Assembly: GCA_951406725.2 (NCBI GenBank)
Contig: OX597815.1
Span: forward strand, 168,702,001 to 168,766,000
Direction: 5' to 3'
Source of the DNA: Octopus vulgaris
Taxonomy: Eukaryota
Length of the DNA: 64,000 nucleotides
Below the pieces are notes generated by a model, which made no database searches, was not told where the DNA came from, and saw nothing but the letters and a program-made list of their open reading frames with translations. Position numbers and translations under genes: made by a program. Positions 40,246-53,418 of this stretch are shown piece by piece. How positions within the stretch are numbered: position 1 is the stretch's first letter; each line of letters opens with the position of its first letter.

Positions 40246-40478
40246 TATTTCTAAACTGCCCACAAGGGGCTACACACAGAGGGGACAAACAAAGACAGAC
40301 AAACAGATTAAGTCGATTAGATCGACCCCAGTGCGTAACTGGTACTTATTTAATCGACCCCGAAAGGATGAAAGGCAAAGTCGACCTCGGCGGAATTTGA
40401 ACTCAGAACGTAGCGGCAGACGGAATACTGCTAAGCATTTCGCCCGGTGTGCTAACGATTCTACCAGCTTGCCGCCTT
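40246..40478 (-). mobile_element. SINE family C with 22-bp TSD, in an HYKK intron
   Basis: AATGGGCTTCTATGCAGTTTCC at 40224-40245 and 40479-40500. Confidence 0.9.
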
Positions 40479-41253
40479 AATGGGCTTCTATGCAGTTTCC
40501 GTCTACCCAGTTTCACTGACAAGGTTTGTGGTGAACCGAAGCTATGATAAAAGACATTTATCCCAGATGTAGTGCAGTGGGATCGAACACGGGAACTCGT
40601 CATTTACGAAGAGAATTTCTTAACTACTTGGCTTGTCTATGAATTTTCAGACTGGCCAAATGATTACATAGTGTAGTCTCAGTCGAGATTACACAATGAA
40701 ATCATTTGTGTGTTAAGCAAATAGTATTTTCACAAAGAAAAGACTTTCTTGTTTGTCTTTCTGTTGATCCACTTTTCAGTTTAGAACTCAGATCTCTGAC
40801 TCCATTTCCAACATCGAAACAAAAACAATTGCGAACAAACCTTGTCTGTGTCTCTGTCTTTCTTTCAAGCACACACCCATTATTAACTTTCACTTTCCTT
40901 TATTCAGTGTTTCTGTCTCTTTGTCCCCCCCCCATATCTCTCTCTCTCTCTCTCTCTCCCTTTCTCCCCTTTTTTCTCTCTCTCTCACACACAGAGGTCC
41001 ACTCCGGGATCTGTCTCAATAAAAAGTTCAAGAAAAGAGGATTTTAAAGCAAGCCATGCGAATGTCCGAACGTTACATTATTGAACGTTCAGAAAACTCT
41101 TACAGCTTTTCCCTCTGGAGAAATAGACCAAGCGCCGAAATCAAGCGAGGTACCAGCAAATCCCCCAGGTTGAAATTCACCAGTGACTTACCTTATAAAC
41201 GTACAATATTAATACAGAAAGAAAGAAAGAAAGAAAGGAAGGAAGAAACTTAC

Positions 41254-41361
41254 CTTTATATAATATTTCTCTATTCTGGAATTTACCATCAATTCTTTGT
41301 ATTCTTTCCGGGGCAGGAATATTATATTTTCGAAGATAGTCAACCATAGAATAACATCCAT
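41254..41361 (-). CDS. HYKK: HYKK coding exon 2 (DGCYSMVDYLRKYNIPAPERIQRIDGKFQNREILYK)
   Basis: TTTTTGACAG acceptor and G|GTAAGT donor; 108 nt, phase 1-1. Fills the segment equivalent to 'IIMFLKAAGFPTASV' of vertebrate HYKK. Confidence 0.85.
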
Positions 41362-41782
41362 CTGTCAAAAACAAGATGTGCATAGAATCAGTTTAAGATA
41401 ATGTCTCACACCATAGACCATATAATTTCTTTGTGTCAGCCTCATGCTGTTTTCTTTGTCAGCCTCGTGCAGGTTTTCTTTGGAACACAACTCCAGCCCA
41501 TAAATTCTAACTAATTACTTGGTTTATATTCATCAAAGCCTTTAAAATCTTTCTATTTCAGTAAAGGTCATAGAAGCAATTTATTGGTTTCAAATTTTGA
41601 CGCAAAGCCAGTAATTTTAGGGGAGGGGTAAATCGGTTGCATCGACCCCAGTGCTCAAATGGTACTTATTTTATCGACCCTGAAAGGACGAAAGGCAAAG
41701 TCGACCTCGGTGTAATCTGAACTCTGAACGTAAAGACTATAGAAGTACTGTTAAGCATTTTGCTCGGTGTGCTAACGATTCT

Positions 41783-42013
41783 TATTTCTTCACTGCCCGC
41801 AAGGAGCTACACACAGAGGGAACAAACAAGGACAGACAAACGGATTAAGTCAATTATACCGACCCCAGTGCGTAACTGGTACTTATTTAATCGACCCCGA
41901 AAGGATGAAAGGCAAAGTCGACCTCGGCGGAATTTGAACTCAGAACGTAGCGGCAGACGAAATACTGCTAAGCATTTCGACTGGCGTGCTAACGATTCTG
42001 TCAACTCGGCGCC
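41783..42013 (-). mobile_element. SINE family C inserted next to or into an older copy (about 41585-41780)
   Basis: Consensus match. Confidence 0.85.
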
Positions 42014-42440
42014 TTATTTATTTATTTGACACGTTGAGAACTATAAAAGTGTAGTAAACTTACAAATTATATACACGGTACCTACTACGTTTTAGCAAAA
42101 TGTTCACCATGTGGGACGGGGAAACAGAAACGTATTTAATATTCATATGATATTAATATACTTCTAACATATTTAATTCAACTGTGAAATAATATTTCAT
42201 CGCAAGACAAAATGGATGTTGGTTTCAAATTTTGGCACACAACGACAGCATTATTAGGGGAGGAAGTAAATCAATTACATCGTCCCCTGTACTCAGCTGG
42301 TACTTATTTTATCGACCACGAAGGATGAAAGGCAAATCCGACCTCGGGGGAATAAAGACAAAATATAAATATTATCTCATTACGTTATGAGCATTTTCGT
42401 ATTCGTGAGTGCGAGCGTGCGTGTGTGCGTGCATGTGTGT

Positions 42441-42489
<49 letters not shown>

Positions 42490-42648
42490 CGTGCGTCTCT
42501 ATGTGTACGTGCGTGCGTTTGTGTGTATTGGTGTCTGTGTGTGTGTGTGTTACTTGTCAGGGATGGAACGTGAGGAAGAAATTCTAAACAGTTCACTGAG
42601 TTGAAACATATATAATGTTCATAACATGTTAACATATGTATGTATGTG

Positions 42649-42746
<98 letters not shown>

Positions 42747-42762
42747 TGTGTGTACACATTTT

Positions 42763-42976
42763 TTTCTTGTTTTATTGGTTTCAGTCATTTGGCTGAAGCC
42801 ATGCTAGAGCATCACCTTGAAGGATTTTAGTCGAACAAATCAACACCAGAACTTATTTTTTAAGCCCTAGTACTTACTTTATTGGTTCTTTTGCCAAACC
42901 ACTAAGTTACGGGAACGTAAACACACCAACACCGGTTGTCAAGCTGTGATGGGGGAACAAATACAGACACAGACAC

Positions 42977-43053
<77 letters not shown>

Positions 43054-43200
43054 CAACGTGCTCCTTTCAGTTTCTGTCAACCAGATCCACTCACAAGGCT
43101 TTGGTAGATCGTGGCTATAGTAGAAGGTATTTGTCCCAGGTGCAGCACAGTGGGGCTGAACCCGGAACTATATGGTTAGGAAGCAAGCTTCTTACCACAC
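42763..43200 (-). mobile_element. SINE family B with internal (GATA)n
   Basis: Consensus match. Confidence 0.82.
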
Positions 43201-43689
43201 ACGTGTGTGTGTGCGTGTATGCGTGCGTGTGTGCGTGCGTGCGTGTGTGTGAGGGAGCATGGCCTAGTGGATAGGGTGTTGCACTCACGATCATAAGATC
43301 GTCGTTTCAATTCCTAGAGCGGGTGACGTATTGCGTTCTTGAACAAAACGCTTCATCTCAAGTTGCTCTGCCATCATTTCGACACCTGATGCGCAGCACA
43401 CCGTGCACCTGTCAAGACAAAGACGATTTGGTGGAGGGAGTGAACTAATGTGCAGCACGAACATTTGATCACTATAAGCAAATTATTTTAGTGCAGGTCG
43501 TTCGGCAAAAGCTCAACGATCATACGTCGTCTCCGACGGAAGAGTCCATGATGTGGGTGTGTGTACGCGTTTCTACTGAAGGTCTTGAGATCCTTCGATT
43601 TCATAGTTTCGTGCATTTAATCGAGTTATATTGAAATAGTTGTAGCGCTACAACCACCCATAAGGAGAATACCTTAAATAAATCTGTAC

Positions 43690-44298
43690 GGGATAGTCAA
43701 CCATTGGATTAGAAAGTGCAGGGAAATGGAATTTAATTTAAGTTAAAACATTCAATCAAAAATTACATTTCCAGTGGTCCAACGCGTAAAAAAAATTTAG
43801 TCAAAAAAGACTATATATTAGTCATACAAAATAGTGTATATTAAAATACATAGAGAATTCACTTATAGGGATTCTACGCGATAGAAAGAACAGCTAAGTT
43901 CTATAACCACCAAAAAAAATTGGGGATAAAATTCGACAGGAATAAATTTGGAAATTAAAAACATTTACCGTCTAGATTGCTGGACCAATTGGTTTCTAAT
44001 CTTCTTTTAGTGAGTCAGATCTCACAAGGTCTGATTTTCGTCAACAGGAACCAACCTATCTACACGAGACAAAATAGGTTATCTGTCCCGTGTACATACG
44101 ACCTAACTTTTCAGATTTTTCTGCGCAGGCGCAGACCATTTGTTGACTACAATACACCGTCAACTTTTAACCGAAAATTATCCAAACATTTGCAAATGTT
44201 TGGATAATTTTCGGCAAATTTTTGGTTATAGAACTTAGCTGTTCTTTCTAGCGCGTAGAATCCCTATAAGTGGATTCTCTATGTATTTAAATATACAC

Positions 44299-44304
<6 letters not shown>
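43690..44304 (-). mobile_element. Hairpin PLE-derived element with hammerhead 43975-44052 (-)
   Basis: Arms about 43828-43920 / 44216-44304. Minus strand: GGTTCCTG TTGACGA AAATC…GATTA GAAAC CAATTG GTC CAGCAATC. Confidence 0.75.
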
Positions 44305-44346
<42 letters not shown>

Positions 44347-44571
44347 TAAAAGCAATTAAGATTCAAGTGAGTTCTGTTGAATTCACATGAATGCGGTACT
44401 TAACTTAGATGCACCAGAAATATATATGGTATTAACCATAAGATAATGCGGGGTGATTATAAACAAGAAAAAAGCAACAAAAATGGATCAATATTTCGGT
44501 ACAATTGTTTCGTACGAAGACCACCTTTATTAAGGCTACACCCCTTAGATGTTTTGAGAACTCAGATGTTT

Positions 44572-44661
44572 TTTCGGCTGATGAGTACGGGTCACTTGTA
44601 TTTGCTGCAATATTTGCAGCCTTAATAAAGGTGGTCTTCGTACGAAACAATTGTACCGAAA
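44572..44661 (+). ncRNA. Canonical minimal hammerhead ribozyme in hairpin element 44343-44692
   Basis: TTTCGG CTGATGA GTACG…CGTAC GAAAC AATT GTA CCGAAA; 75-bp arms at 44463-44537 / 44618-44692; flanked by (TA)n. Confidence 0.85.
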
Positions 44662-44689
44662 TATTGATCCATTTTTGTTGCTTTTTTCT

Positions 44690-44756
<67 letters not shown>

Positions 44757-44774
44757 ACGTTCGTATATGTAAGT

Positions 44775-45378
44775 GACTGGATCTGCCTCAAACAATGCCT
44801 GATTTTCCTGTGACGTGATTATCCTGGTGCACTTTTGCTCATAAGTCAGAAGACGTGGCACCCACTGAGCAGATACTTTCGCCATACCAACCAGGTTCAT
44901 TGTGCAAAATATTCCCAACTCGCTCATGGGATATGCTAATTGATTTATAGTCAGTCGCCTGTCATCCATTACTATGCGGTGAACACGGTCAATGTTTTCC
45001 TTGGCAGGAGGTAGTTACAAAATGTCCAGATATTGATCATCTTCAAGACTCTCCCTTCCTCTCCTAAATTCAGCCGCCCACTTTTGTACAGTTGATAAAG
45101 CTGGAGCGTCATCTCTTAATATAGCAACGATGTCAGCATGAATGTCTTTGAGGACTAAGCGCATTTTGTTTTTGTTTTTGCAGGTACTTAATACCACAAC
45201 GATGCCAAATTTTGTCCATTTTTAAGAGACTAGTTAATTTTGAAGTTTTCTTTAAACAGTCAGATGTCAGTTTACCTCAAGAAACAATGTTATTAATAAG
45301 AAGGGTTGGAATTAATGTAATTAAGATTTCACAGCTTTAACATCACTCCTTCATAATCAGCCCATGAACTTTACAGCG
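44775..45378 (-). mobile_element. Mariner transposase N-terminal remnant (irritans-like)
   Basis: TVQKWAAEFRRGRESLEDD…DRRLTI…KVSAQWVPRLLT. Confidence 0.85.
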
Positions 45379-45420
45379 CTAATTATGTTGTAAGTTTAAT
45401 TTGATATATTAAATATGTGT

Positions 45421-45482
<62 letters not shown>

Positions 45483-45725
45483 CGCGCGCAGGCTTGTTTT
45501 TGTGTTTGTGTTTGTCTTCCCCACCACTTGACAACCAATGTTGGTTTGTTTATGTCCCGTAATTTAACGGTTCGGCAAAAGAGGAGACCGATAAAATAAG
45601 TACCAGAATCAAACATTTTTAAAGTTTTGGGTTCGTGTTGCTCGGGTTTAAGGCTGTGCCCCATTATGGCCGCAATTCAATAACTGAAACAAGTAAAAGA
45701 TAAAGAAAAAACAAAAGATCTGTAC

Positions 45726-45966
45726 CAAAATAATCTTCGTTCTCTGATTCTTCTCCGTTGAAGATTTTCAACACATAACCATGAGGTTTCACATCCTTGA
45801 TGAACGGATTTCTGTGTGTTTTCTTCACATTAACCAAATAATTTCGATCGATGTAACTTTCCATTTCAGTGAAGTTGATTACTTCCATTCCATAAAGTTG
45901 TGACATGATGTCATTTATCAAACCGTCTCGAACTACTGGTTTTGCATTGGTATCAACAAAATCCAT
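45726..45966 (-). CDS. HYKK: Hydroxylysine kinase (HYKK/AGPHD1-like), coding exon 1 (MDFVDTNAKP...SYIDRNY...YVLKIFNGEESENEDYF)
   Basis: Matches the HYKK N-lobe (KP..., SYxDxNF/Y, YVLKIxN). Acceptor TTTCAG lies just upstream (exon starts 45985), ATG at 45966, donor G|GTACAG at 45725; 241 nt, phase 1. Confidence 0.9.
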
Positions 45967-46719
45967 CTTAGTAGAAGTTGGTACTCTGAAATTCAATTCA
46001 GTTCAGTTTAGTACAATTTATCATCATATTCGTGTTTTTTTTTTAATAATTCATGATCTCAAAACTCCCACAAGTCCATATGAGATATTCTCTCAAACTA
46101 AATAACACAGTATTCTGTGTTCTAACACAACATCCACTTTTAGTGGGAGATTAATATCGGTTTCAAATTTTGGCACAAGGCCAGTAATTTCAGTGGAGAG
46201 AGTTAGTCGATTACATCGATCCCCAGTGCTCAATTGGTCCTTATTTTGTCGACCCTGAAAGGATGAAAGGCAAAGTCTACCTCTGCCGAATTTGTACTCA
46301 GAACGTAGCGACGGACGAAATGCTGCAAAGCATTTTGCCAGCTCGTCGCCCTAATGGGGGACAAAATATATTCTTTAGTATTATTACTGCTTCTGTCGCT
46401 GATGGCTATCTTTAAATAAGCCCACTGGCTATTTGCGACACCAGTTTCTGAATAGAAACTGAGATTCTATATATCACTGACTTGGGAATTTGACTGCCGT
46501 GTCTAACCGGACGTCTACCATTGAAAAGGCCAAGGAATGTGGAAATCACATGATGTGACAGCTCCGGCGGCCGTAGAGGACGGTTATCGCCCGTCAGCTA
46601 TATAATCACGAGTGCTTATATACACCATGGTAAATAATGCAATATTCTGTTTTCTAACGCAAAATCTACTTTTAGTAGGGAATAGATATTACCTGAGAAT
46701 AATGTTTTCTCATAGGTAT

Positions 46720-46920
46720 TCAGAATCTTGAAATAGAGGTCTAAAAAATGTGGCATCTAAAAACGACAACTGTACCTGTAATTATCGGAGCTTTGAGGAT
46801 AATACCAAATGGCACTCTTAAACACTACAGCCAAGTACCAGGAAAACTAAAAGTATCAAAGCTACAAGTAAATTCTTCTCGTGAGTATTGCAAACATCCT
46901 AAGAAAAATACTGTCAACCT
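46720..46920 (+). mobile_element. R4/Dong-type endonuclease C-terminal relic
   Basis: MWHLKTTTVPVIIGALRII. Confidence 0.6.
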
Positions 46921-47231
46921 GAGAATATCTGACTCACTTAATACTCTTTCAGAATCGAAGATATTACAAATTTAACAGAATCCTAGTTCTCAGATTCTAT
47001 TCTCATTACAAATCATAAATAATACTTAGAGTAAAACGGCCAACATTAACGAGGCTTTCAAGGGAAATTTGCAATGTAGGCCAAGATTACTTTCCCCCAC
47101 TCTCACCCAGAGGTCAACAAATGCCTTATGAGGGAATATGGCGGACATAAACTGGGTGCATGACCATCGCGCGTATGTGTGAGAGAAGGGGGGGGGCAAG
47201 AGATGGGCGAGAGAGTGGAGAGAGAGAGAGA

Positions 47232-47286
<55 letters not shown>

Positions 47287-47787
47287 AGAGACTTGCAACT
47301 ACTCTATAAAACAAAGTAACAACAACGAAAATAATAATAATCCTTTCGGCAGAATTTGAACTCGGAACGCAAAGACGGACGTAACGCCGCTAAGCATTTG
47401 CCGGCGTGCAAATGATTCGACCAGCTTGCTGCCTTTTCGATCATATTAATATTGGTTTCAAATTTTGGCACAAGGCCGGCAGTTTCCGGAGAGTGGGTAA
47501 GACGATTACATCGATCCCGGTGCTGTACTGCTATTTATTTTATTGATTCCGAAAGGATGAAAGGCAAAGTCGACTTCGGCGAAATCTGAACTCAGAATAT
47601 ATAGACAGACGAAATGCCGCTAAGCATTTCGTCCGGTGTGCGGACGATTCTGCCCGCGCGAAAGATGTGCATGACCACCTTTGGACGGTTTTGAATGACC
47701 AGAGAAAGTACGAGCCCTCTAACTGAAAAATTGTGGATTTGTATAATGGACACGCACACATACATTTTGCCGTTTATATATATAGAG

Positions 47788-47859
<72 letters not shown>

Positions 47860-47860
<1 letters not shown>

Positions 47861-48009
47861 ACATCCTTGCACTGCACACATCCTACGCAGAACACTTTCC
47901 ATACAATAACCATCAGAGCATCACAACAAATCACAGCACATACCCAAGGCACACAGAGCTGCGCTCGGTAGTGAAGTGAAAGCACGCTATAAAAATAAAA
48001 ATAAAACTA

Positions 48010-48012
<3 letters not shown>
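47860..48012 (+). mobile_element. Short 3' end of R4/Dong LINE embedded in (TAA)n
   Basis: Near-identical to the 3' UTR at 55408-55545 (reverse complement); (TAA)n on both sides. Confidence 0.88.
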
Positions 48013-48072
<60 letters not shown>

Positions 48073-48239
48073 CTTTTCTACTATAGGCACAAGGCCCGAA
48101 ATTTGGGGGAGGGAGATTACATCGTCCCCAGTATTCAACTGATACTTAATTTCATCGACCCCGAAAGGATGAAAGGCAAAGTCGACATAGGCGAAATTTG
48201 ATCCCAGAACGTAGCGATGGGCGAAATACCGCGAAGCAT

Positions 48240-48729
48240 TATGGAAGGAAAACTCATCATCCAACCTGTTTTGACGGGGAATCGGCTGACACCAAGGGAA
48301 GGCGTCTGTATTCTTGGCCCTCCAATCCTTCTGAATGTCATAACAAAGTGTCTGGAGACAAAGCTTGCGGGCTTGTCTAGGTTAACTGAAAGATTGCGCC
48401 TCATTGACGTGCACCCAGCCCTCTTCTTCTTGAGCAATTGCTTTGCCCTGCCAAAGCTCCTTTTCTTGCTACGCAGTGCACCATGCCACCTTCTCACAGA
48501 TCTCCTCAGAGATATCGATGACACCATCTGGCAGTGTGCTAAACTGATCTACAATGTCAGTTTTGACAGCACCAGTTGGCAACAGGCTAAACTACCTGTT
48601 AAATTCAGCGGCCTTGGCTTCCGTTCTGCATTGGACATGACCCTGCTGACCTATCTTTCTTCAATCTCCTCCAGTTGCACCCTCATCGGCGAGGCACTCT
48701 ACGAAATGGCTGAACTCGATGTAGCCAAG

Positions 48730-48730
<1 letters not shown>
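48240..48730 (+). mobile_element. CRE-clade non-LTR retrotransposon fragment
   Basis: ILGPPI…HPALFFLSNCFALPKLLFLLRSAP…WQQAKLPVKFSGLGFRSA. Confidence 0.75.
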
Positions 48731-48770
<40 letters not shown>

Positions 48771-49289
48771 CAGAAAATGGAGAAAACCTGAGATCAACAA
48801 ACGAAACAATTAGACCACATCTGTAGCTTATTATTTAATACAAAACATGACAACATTTATTTCATTCATTCTGTTGCTACATGTACTCTATGAGCATAGG
48901 GTGCCTGTATGCCCATGCCCAGAGATAGCACGGGTAACTGATACCGATGATATATATCCCTTAGGCGGTTATTGTAACCGCTAATTATATATATATATAT
49001 ATAAACACGTACGAACATACATACATACATACGTACGTACATACATACATACATACATACATACATACATACATACGTACGTACATAAATACATACATAC
49101 ACATACATATATACACATGCGTATAAATACTCATATTTATACACACACGCGCATATATATATGTGTATATATATATATATACACACACACAGACACTCAT
49201 CCATACATGAATATATGTATGTATATATGTATGTTTCTAAATATGTATGTATGTGTGCATGCATGTATATATATGTATATATATATATT

Positions 49290-49367
<78 letters not shown>

Positions 49368-49398
49368 CATATTCGTATGCATACATGCAAGCATATAA

Positions 49399-49429
<31 letters not shown>

Positions 49430-49997
49430 TGTATGTATGTGGCCCATCTTTGTCTTTGTACTTGTGTCTGTCCGCCTTACAAGTGTTGGTTCGTTTGTGT
49501 TCCGCAACTTAGCCGCCGGGGTCGAATTTGCCTTTCGCCCTTTCGGAGTCGAGAAAATAAGTATTAGTTCAGTAATGGAATCGGTGTAATTGAATAAGCC
49601 CCTACCCTGAAACTGTTGGCCTTGTGCCAAAATTTGAAACCAGTACTTCAATGCATCTAGTCGGCCCCTCCAACATTTTTTTTTTTAGTATCATGACACA
49701 TTATAGCACAATGACAATGCAGGGACAGTAAGTAATGCGTCAAATGCATACGATGCCATTATATATCATTACAATAACACGAATTACATCGACACATGCA
49801 AACGTCCATATACATATATTAGTAACATCACTACTAGAGAGCTGTATTCAGCTGTCTAATAGATGTGTGGGAAAATAAAAACTGTCCTTGAACTTATTTG
49901 TCTGGGCTGCAAGTGTATTTGCAGCGCCTAACGCACAAAAAGATGGTATCATGCATATGTATTTAACAGCTGATGTTGTAGTGGCTGTTATCTTAGA

Positions 49998-50380
49998 CTA
50001 GCAGTATCGCCCGGCGTTGCTCGGGTTTGTAAGGGAAATAACTATAAAGCATTTTTAGAGAGTTATAGCCACAAAATAGCCAAAAAATGGGGAAAAAAAT
50101 TATGGTAATTTTTTTTGAGAGTTAAAAAGGTCGAGTTGCGTCCCCTAGACAGTCTGTGGTTTGTGTTTCTAATTCTCGACCCCATGTCGAATTTATCGAT
50201 TTTTTTTCCGAACTGGGGGAACTTTTCAAAATTTTGGCTGCGTTAGTTTTGAATTATGACATTGGGCTATGTGTGTGTCAAGTTTCATCAGAATCGGTTG
50301 AAAGCCGTGGTCAGGGTGAGGATACAACCTAACAGACACACAGACACGCAGACAGACAAACTGTCGTTTATATAGAGAGA
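49998..50380 (-). mobile_element. Non-autonomous Helitron-like element
   Basis: Minus strand starts TC and ends with hairpin CCCGAGCAACGCCGGG then CTAG, inserted between A and T. Related 5' ends at about 47660-47789 and 60550-60661. Confidence 0.78.
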
Positions 50381-50637
50381 TGATAGAACCTTCAGACAAT
50401 AACCTGTTTGATCCATTTCAGAGAAATAAGTGGATGATCAGTTACTTTAAGGGATGTTTTTAAAAGCCTTTCCCCACCCCTTTCTTTCTTGTCTGTTGTG
50501 GAATATTTGCTGCAGTCTTAGCAAGTCTCCTGAATATTACTATTTTGAGTGTCACAACTCACTGGGCCGGATACCCGGTTTCCATGGCGTATAAGTGACC
50601 GAGATCAGAACATTCCTTTTGAACAGGTCACCGATCT

Positions 50638-51053
50638 TATTTCTTTATTGCCCACAAGGGGCTAAATATAGAGGGAATAAACAAGGACAGAAAAGGAGAT
50701 TAAATCGATTACATCGACCCCAGTGCGTAACTGGTACTTAATTTATCGACCCCGAAAGGATGAAAGGCAAAGTCGACCTCGACGGAATTTGAACTCAGAA
50801 CGTAACGGAAGACGAAATACCCATTTCTTTACTACCCACAAGGGGCTACACACAGAGAGGACTAACAAGGACAGACAAACGGATTACGTTGATTATATCG
50901 ATTCCAGTGCGTAAATGGTACTTATTTAATCGACCCCGAAAGGATGAAAGGCAAAGTCGACCTCGGCGGAATTTGAACTCAGAACGTAACGGCAGACGAA
51001 ATACCGCTAAGCATTTCGCCCGGCGTGCTAACGTTTCTGCCAGCTCACCGCCT
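50638..51053 (-). mobile_element. Two adjacent SINE family C copies splitting a family E SINE
   Basis: Consensus matches at 50638-50820 and 50823-51053. Confidence 0.85.
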
Positions 51054-51822
51054 TTCTGTCGTAGAGTTACTCATTTACAACTGAGTGGACTGGAGCCACG
51101 TGAAATAAAGTGTTTTGCTCAAGAACACAACGCATCGCCCGGACCAGGAATCGAAACGACGATCTTGCGGTCGTGAGTGCAATACCTTAACCACATAGCC
51201 ATGCGCCTTCACCTACTGCAGTGCAGCAGCAAGAGTCTTTCAGCTGTGCACTAGAAAATTGTTCGTTATTCGAAAGAATAGTTTCTTTACTTAAATAAAC
51301 ACAGCTTGCGGTCCGGAGATGGAAACCACGTTCTTGCGATTGTGTGAGCAACTCCCTAATCTTTAAGCCACGCACGTCCCTATACTGTAGTGCAACAATT
51401 TTTCAATTGTGCCCAGGTAAAATTGATGGTTACCCAAAAGAAAAGTGTCTATAAGTAAAATAAACGTTGCTAGTGAACCGGAAATCGAAACCACATACGT
51501 GTGATAAAGTGCGTAACACTTTCACATGCTATTGTGCAGCAACAAGAATCTTTCAGCTGTGCATTTATGAAATTGTTGGTTATTCGAATAAAAATAGATT
51601 CATTAGGTAAAATAAACGCTGCTAGCGAACCGGGAATCGAAATCAAGTACGCGTGATAGTCTGCCCCACCATCGCTTGACAATCGATGTTAGTGTGTTTA
51701 CGACCCCGTAACTTTGTGGTTCGGCCTACGAGACCGATAGAATAAGTACTAGGCTTACACAGAATAAGTCTTGGGGTCGATTTGTTCGACCAAAGGCGGT
51801 GGTGCAGCATCGCTGCAGTCTC

Positions 51823-52044
51823 TCTTTTACTCCTATACTCGTTTCAGTCATTTGACTGTGGCCATGCTGGAGCACCGCCTTTAGTCGAGCAAATCGGCCC
51901 CAGGACTTATTCTTTGTAAGCCTAGCACTTATTCTATCGGCCTCTTTTGACGAACCGCTAAGTTACGGGGACGTAAACACACCAGCATCGGTTGTCAAGC
52001 GATGTTGGGGGAACAATCACAGACACACAAACGTACACACACAT

Positions 52045-52106
<62 letters not shown>

Positions 52107-52268
52107 GACAGGCTTCTTTCAATTTCCGTCTACCAAATCCACTCACAAGGCTTTGGTCGGCCCGAGGCTATAGTAGAAGACACTTGTCCAAGGTGTCACG
52201 CAGTGGGACTGAACCCGGAACCATGTGGTTGGTAAGCAAGCTACTTAGCACACAGCCACTCCTACGCC
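51823..52268 (-). mobile_element. SINE family B (tail-to-tail with a + strand 3' half at about 51660-51820)
   Basis: Consensus match. Confidence 0.88.
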
Positions 52269-52462
52269 TATATAAATCTTTATAGTGTTCCAGCTTTAAA
52301 ACTGTGGTCATACTGGGGCACCACCGTTGTTTTCTCGAACACACAAGTGCAAACAAGGGAGATAGAGAAAGGCAGAATGCCACTTATATTTGAACACTAT
52401 ACAACTATTCCTTTAAAAAAACTTTTCTTTTAATTTTTCCAAATTTAATTATTTAATCGTTA

Positions 52463-52500
52463 CAGTTGAAAAGGTCTCAAAATGACCGAAACCGGTACTG
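52463..52500 (+). ncRNA. Variant minimal hammerhead (U3-A8 core UUGAAAA)
   Basis: CAG TTGAAAA GGTC TCAAAAT GACC GAAAC CG GTA CTG; lies upstream of a T-rich tail ending in (TA)n. Confidence 0.65.
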
Positions 52501-52548
52501 AAATGTTCTTTATAAAGTTATTTTAGCATTTTCTATTTTGACTTGTTT

Positions 52549-52596
<48 letters not shown>

Positions 52597-53418
52597 TTTT
52601 GCTTTTCACAACTTACCTGAAGATCCTGTGTGCCTACTGATGAAACTTAGCAAGAGGCCGACTCGACCAAAAGTAAAATATTTATCTCGACCATGGTACT
52701 GAGTACTCTTTTCTCCGACAGTTAATACTAAATGTGTACACACACACACACACATGGTAAAAAAAAAGTGACATATGTGAAGAAAAAGATGTGATTTCTT
52801 ATATTGGCCTCAGGCGATAAATGTGCTGGGTACCGATGTGTAACGAGCGTTTAAGTTGACTATCCATTCCCACATCGGGAAAATACAACATACGGCACAT
52901 CAAAAGCGCCGCCTTTACCGAATACCACCCATTGTCGACTTCCTTTCACGCCCCTTTTAGCGATATTGGCTGAAGTGAGGTTGGGGAGCAGTAGATTAAA
53001 TCAGAAACTTTGTAGACTCGTGAATAAACATTTTCTATCGGTGTTTTGCGGGATACTTGCGTGCCAAGTGTGGATCACGGGTGTATCAAACTTAGTCTGC
53101 ATGTGTGCTGCGTGCATTTAAGATTTGTAGAAAAATTGTAAGACATTTAGAAAACTTGAGTGGTGTTTGGTTTTTGTATTTGGTTTCCAAGATTTATTAT
53201 TTTTTTTTGTGAATTTGTGCGTTAAAACAGATTTTGCTGTATTTCGGGTGGATCATTATGCCAATAACAAACACACGCACAGGTTTTATATCTTTTTTAC
53301 CACCACCACCACCACCACCACCATCACCATCATCATCATCATCATCATCATCGTCGTCGTCGTCGCCGTTGTCGTCATCAACATCATCATTATCAAATAA
53401 TCAAGCAGAGTCGAAGTA

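Noticed and set aside
41185-41200. Alternative GTAAGT donor downstream of HYKK exon 2
   Set aside because: The 41253 donor gives the correct phase and length; no evidence the second site is used.
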